NCBI RefSeq assembly: GCF_008065095.1
Contig: NZ_CP042911.1
Coordinates: forward strand, 6,240,001-6,272,000
Source of the DNA: Gemmata obscuriglobus
Lineage (GTDB): Bacteria; Planctomycetota; Planctomycetia; Gemmatales; Gemmataceae
Length of the DNA: 32,000 nt
Reading direction: 5' to 3'
In this document: piece after piece, positions 31,831 to 32,000 of the stretch
How positions within the stretch are numbered: position 1 is the first letter of the stretch
How the letters are laid out: each line of letters begins with the position of its first letter
Made by a program: the position numbers and the translations under genes
Notes under the pieces: model-generated
What the model saw: only the letters and a program-made list of their open reading frames with translations
Database searches by the model: none
Told to the model about the DNA's origin: nothing

Positions 31831-32000
31831 CGCACTCGTCTGTGAACGCCTCATTCACTCCGCCGCCGTCCAGCCCCATCGCTCGCTTCGGCCCCGCGAC
31901 CGCAGGATTGGTGTGGCAGCCCGCGCCGGCCGGGTTCAGCGGGGCGGTCGTCTGGCGCGGTGATGATTCATCAGGTGTGCCGCAAGTGGCCCTGAAGGGG

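Noticed and set aside
31831-32000. Possible 3' end of a minus-strand gene entering from the right edge (…AGCHTNPAVAGPK…FTDECGVKSRN*)
   Set aside because: Only ~60 codons are visible, GC3 is moderate, and there is no motif (AGCH is not a CxxCH haem site). The stop lies inside the IS remnant, so it may be a truncated gene, but it is unsupported.
1-32000. Search by eye for tRNA, rRNA, tmRNA/RNase P-like sequences, riboswitches upstream of dapA/punA/hemC, and CRISPR arrays
   Set aside because: The intergenic regions are mostly under 200 nt. None shows cloverleaf-type arms, conserved riboswitch cores I can recognise, or repeat-spacer organisation. A covariance-model scan (Infernal/Rfam, tRNAscan-SE) would be needed for certainty.

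Overview
This is a very GC-rich bacterial chromosomal segment. Codon position 3 is almost always G/C, and long antisense shadow ORFs cover nearly every real gene. The style fits a Planctomycetota/Gemmataceae-type genome: LETLEQRDVPA-type N-terminus, FG-GAP proteins, and an A/T-rich 'cacaaaag' palindrome. That assignment is inference only.

I support about 27 protein genes.

- **Left third, minus strand:** a sensor-flanked glycan locus. It holds a CHASE3/PAS sensor (partial), a GT1 glycosyltransferase with an odd duplicated N-terminal module, a GT-A-like protein, an ABC-2 (Wzm-like) permease with no ATPase partner, and a MASE1-PAS hybrid histidine kinase.
- **Housekeeping genes:** punA, hemC, a HIT protein, hslVU, dapA, a modF orthologue and a PSP1/RicT-like protein.
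- **Accessory content:**
  - a DRG-like TGS GTPase with a DLPP switch II
  - a 2H-phosphoesterase-like gene coupled to modF
  - a metzincin-like/FG-GAP protein
  - a tandem pair of PDZ-PDZ-M6 metalloprotease paralogues, the second with its HExxH site erased
  - a tandem TPM-domain pair
  - a sialate-O-acetylesterase/MtfA-like zincin fusion
  - an LTXXQ protein
  - an internally deleted IS630-like remnant
- **Non-coding highlights:** a perfect 24-bp inverted repeat built from the last 8 codons of hemC, and a ~126-nt A/T-rich palindrome between hslU and dapA.

I saw no rRNA, tRNA or CRISPR array. The best candidate for an undescribed system is the active/pseudo M6 protease pair at 18777-22414 within a secreted-protease island at 15870-22414. 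All homology statements come from reading motifs by eye. No database search was run.
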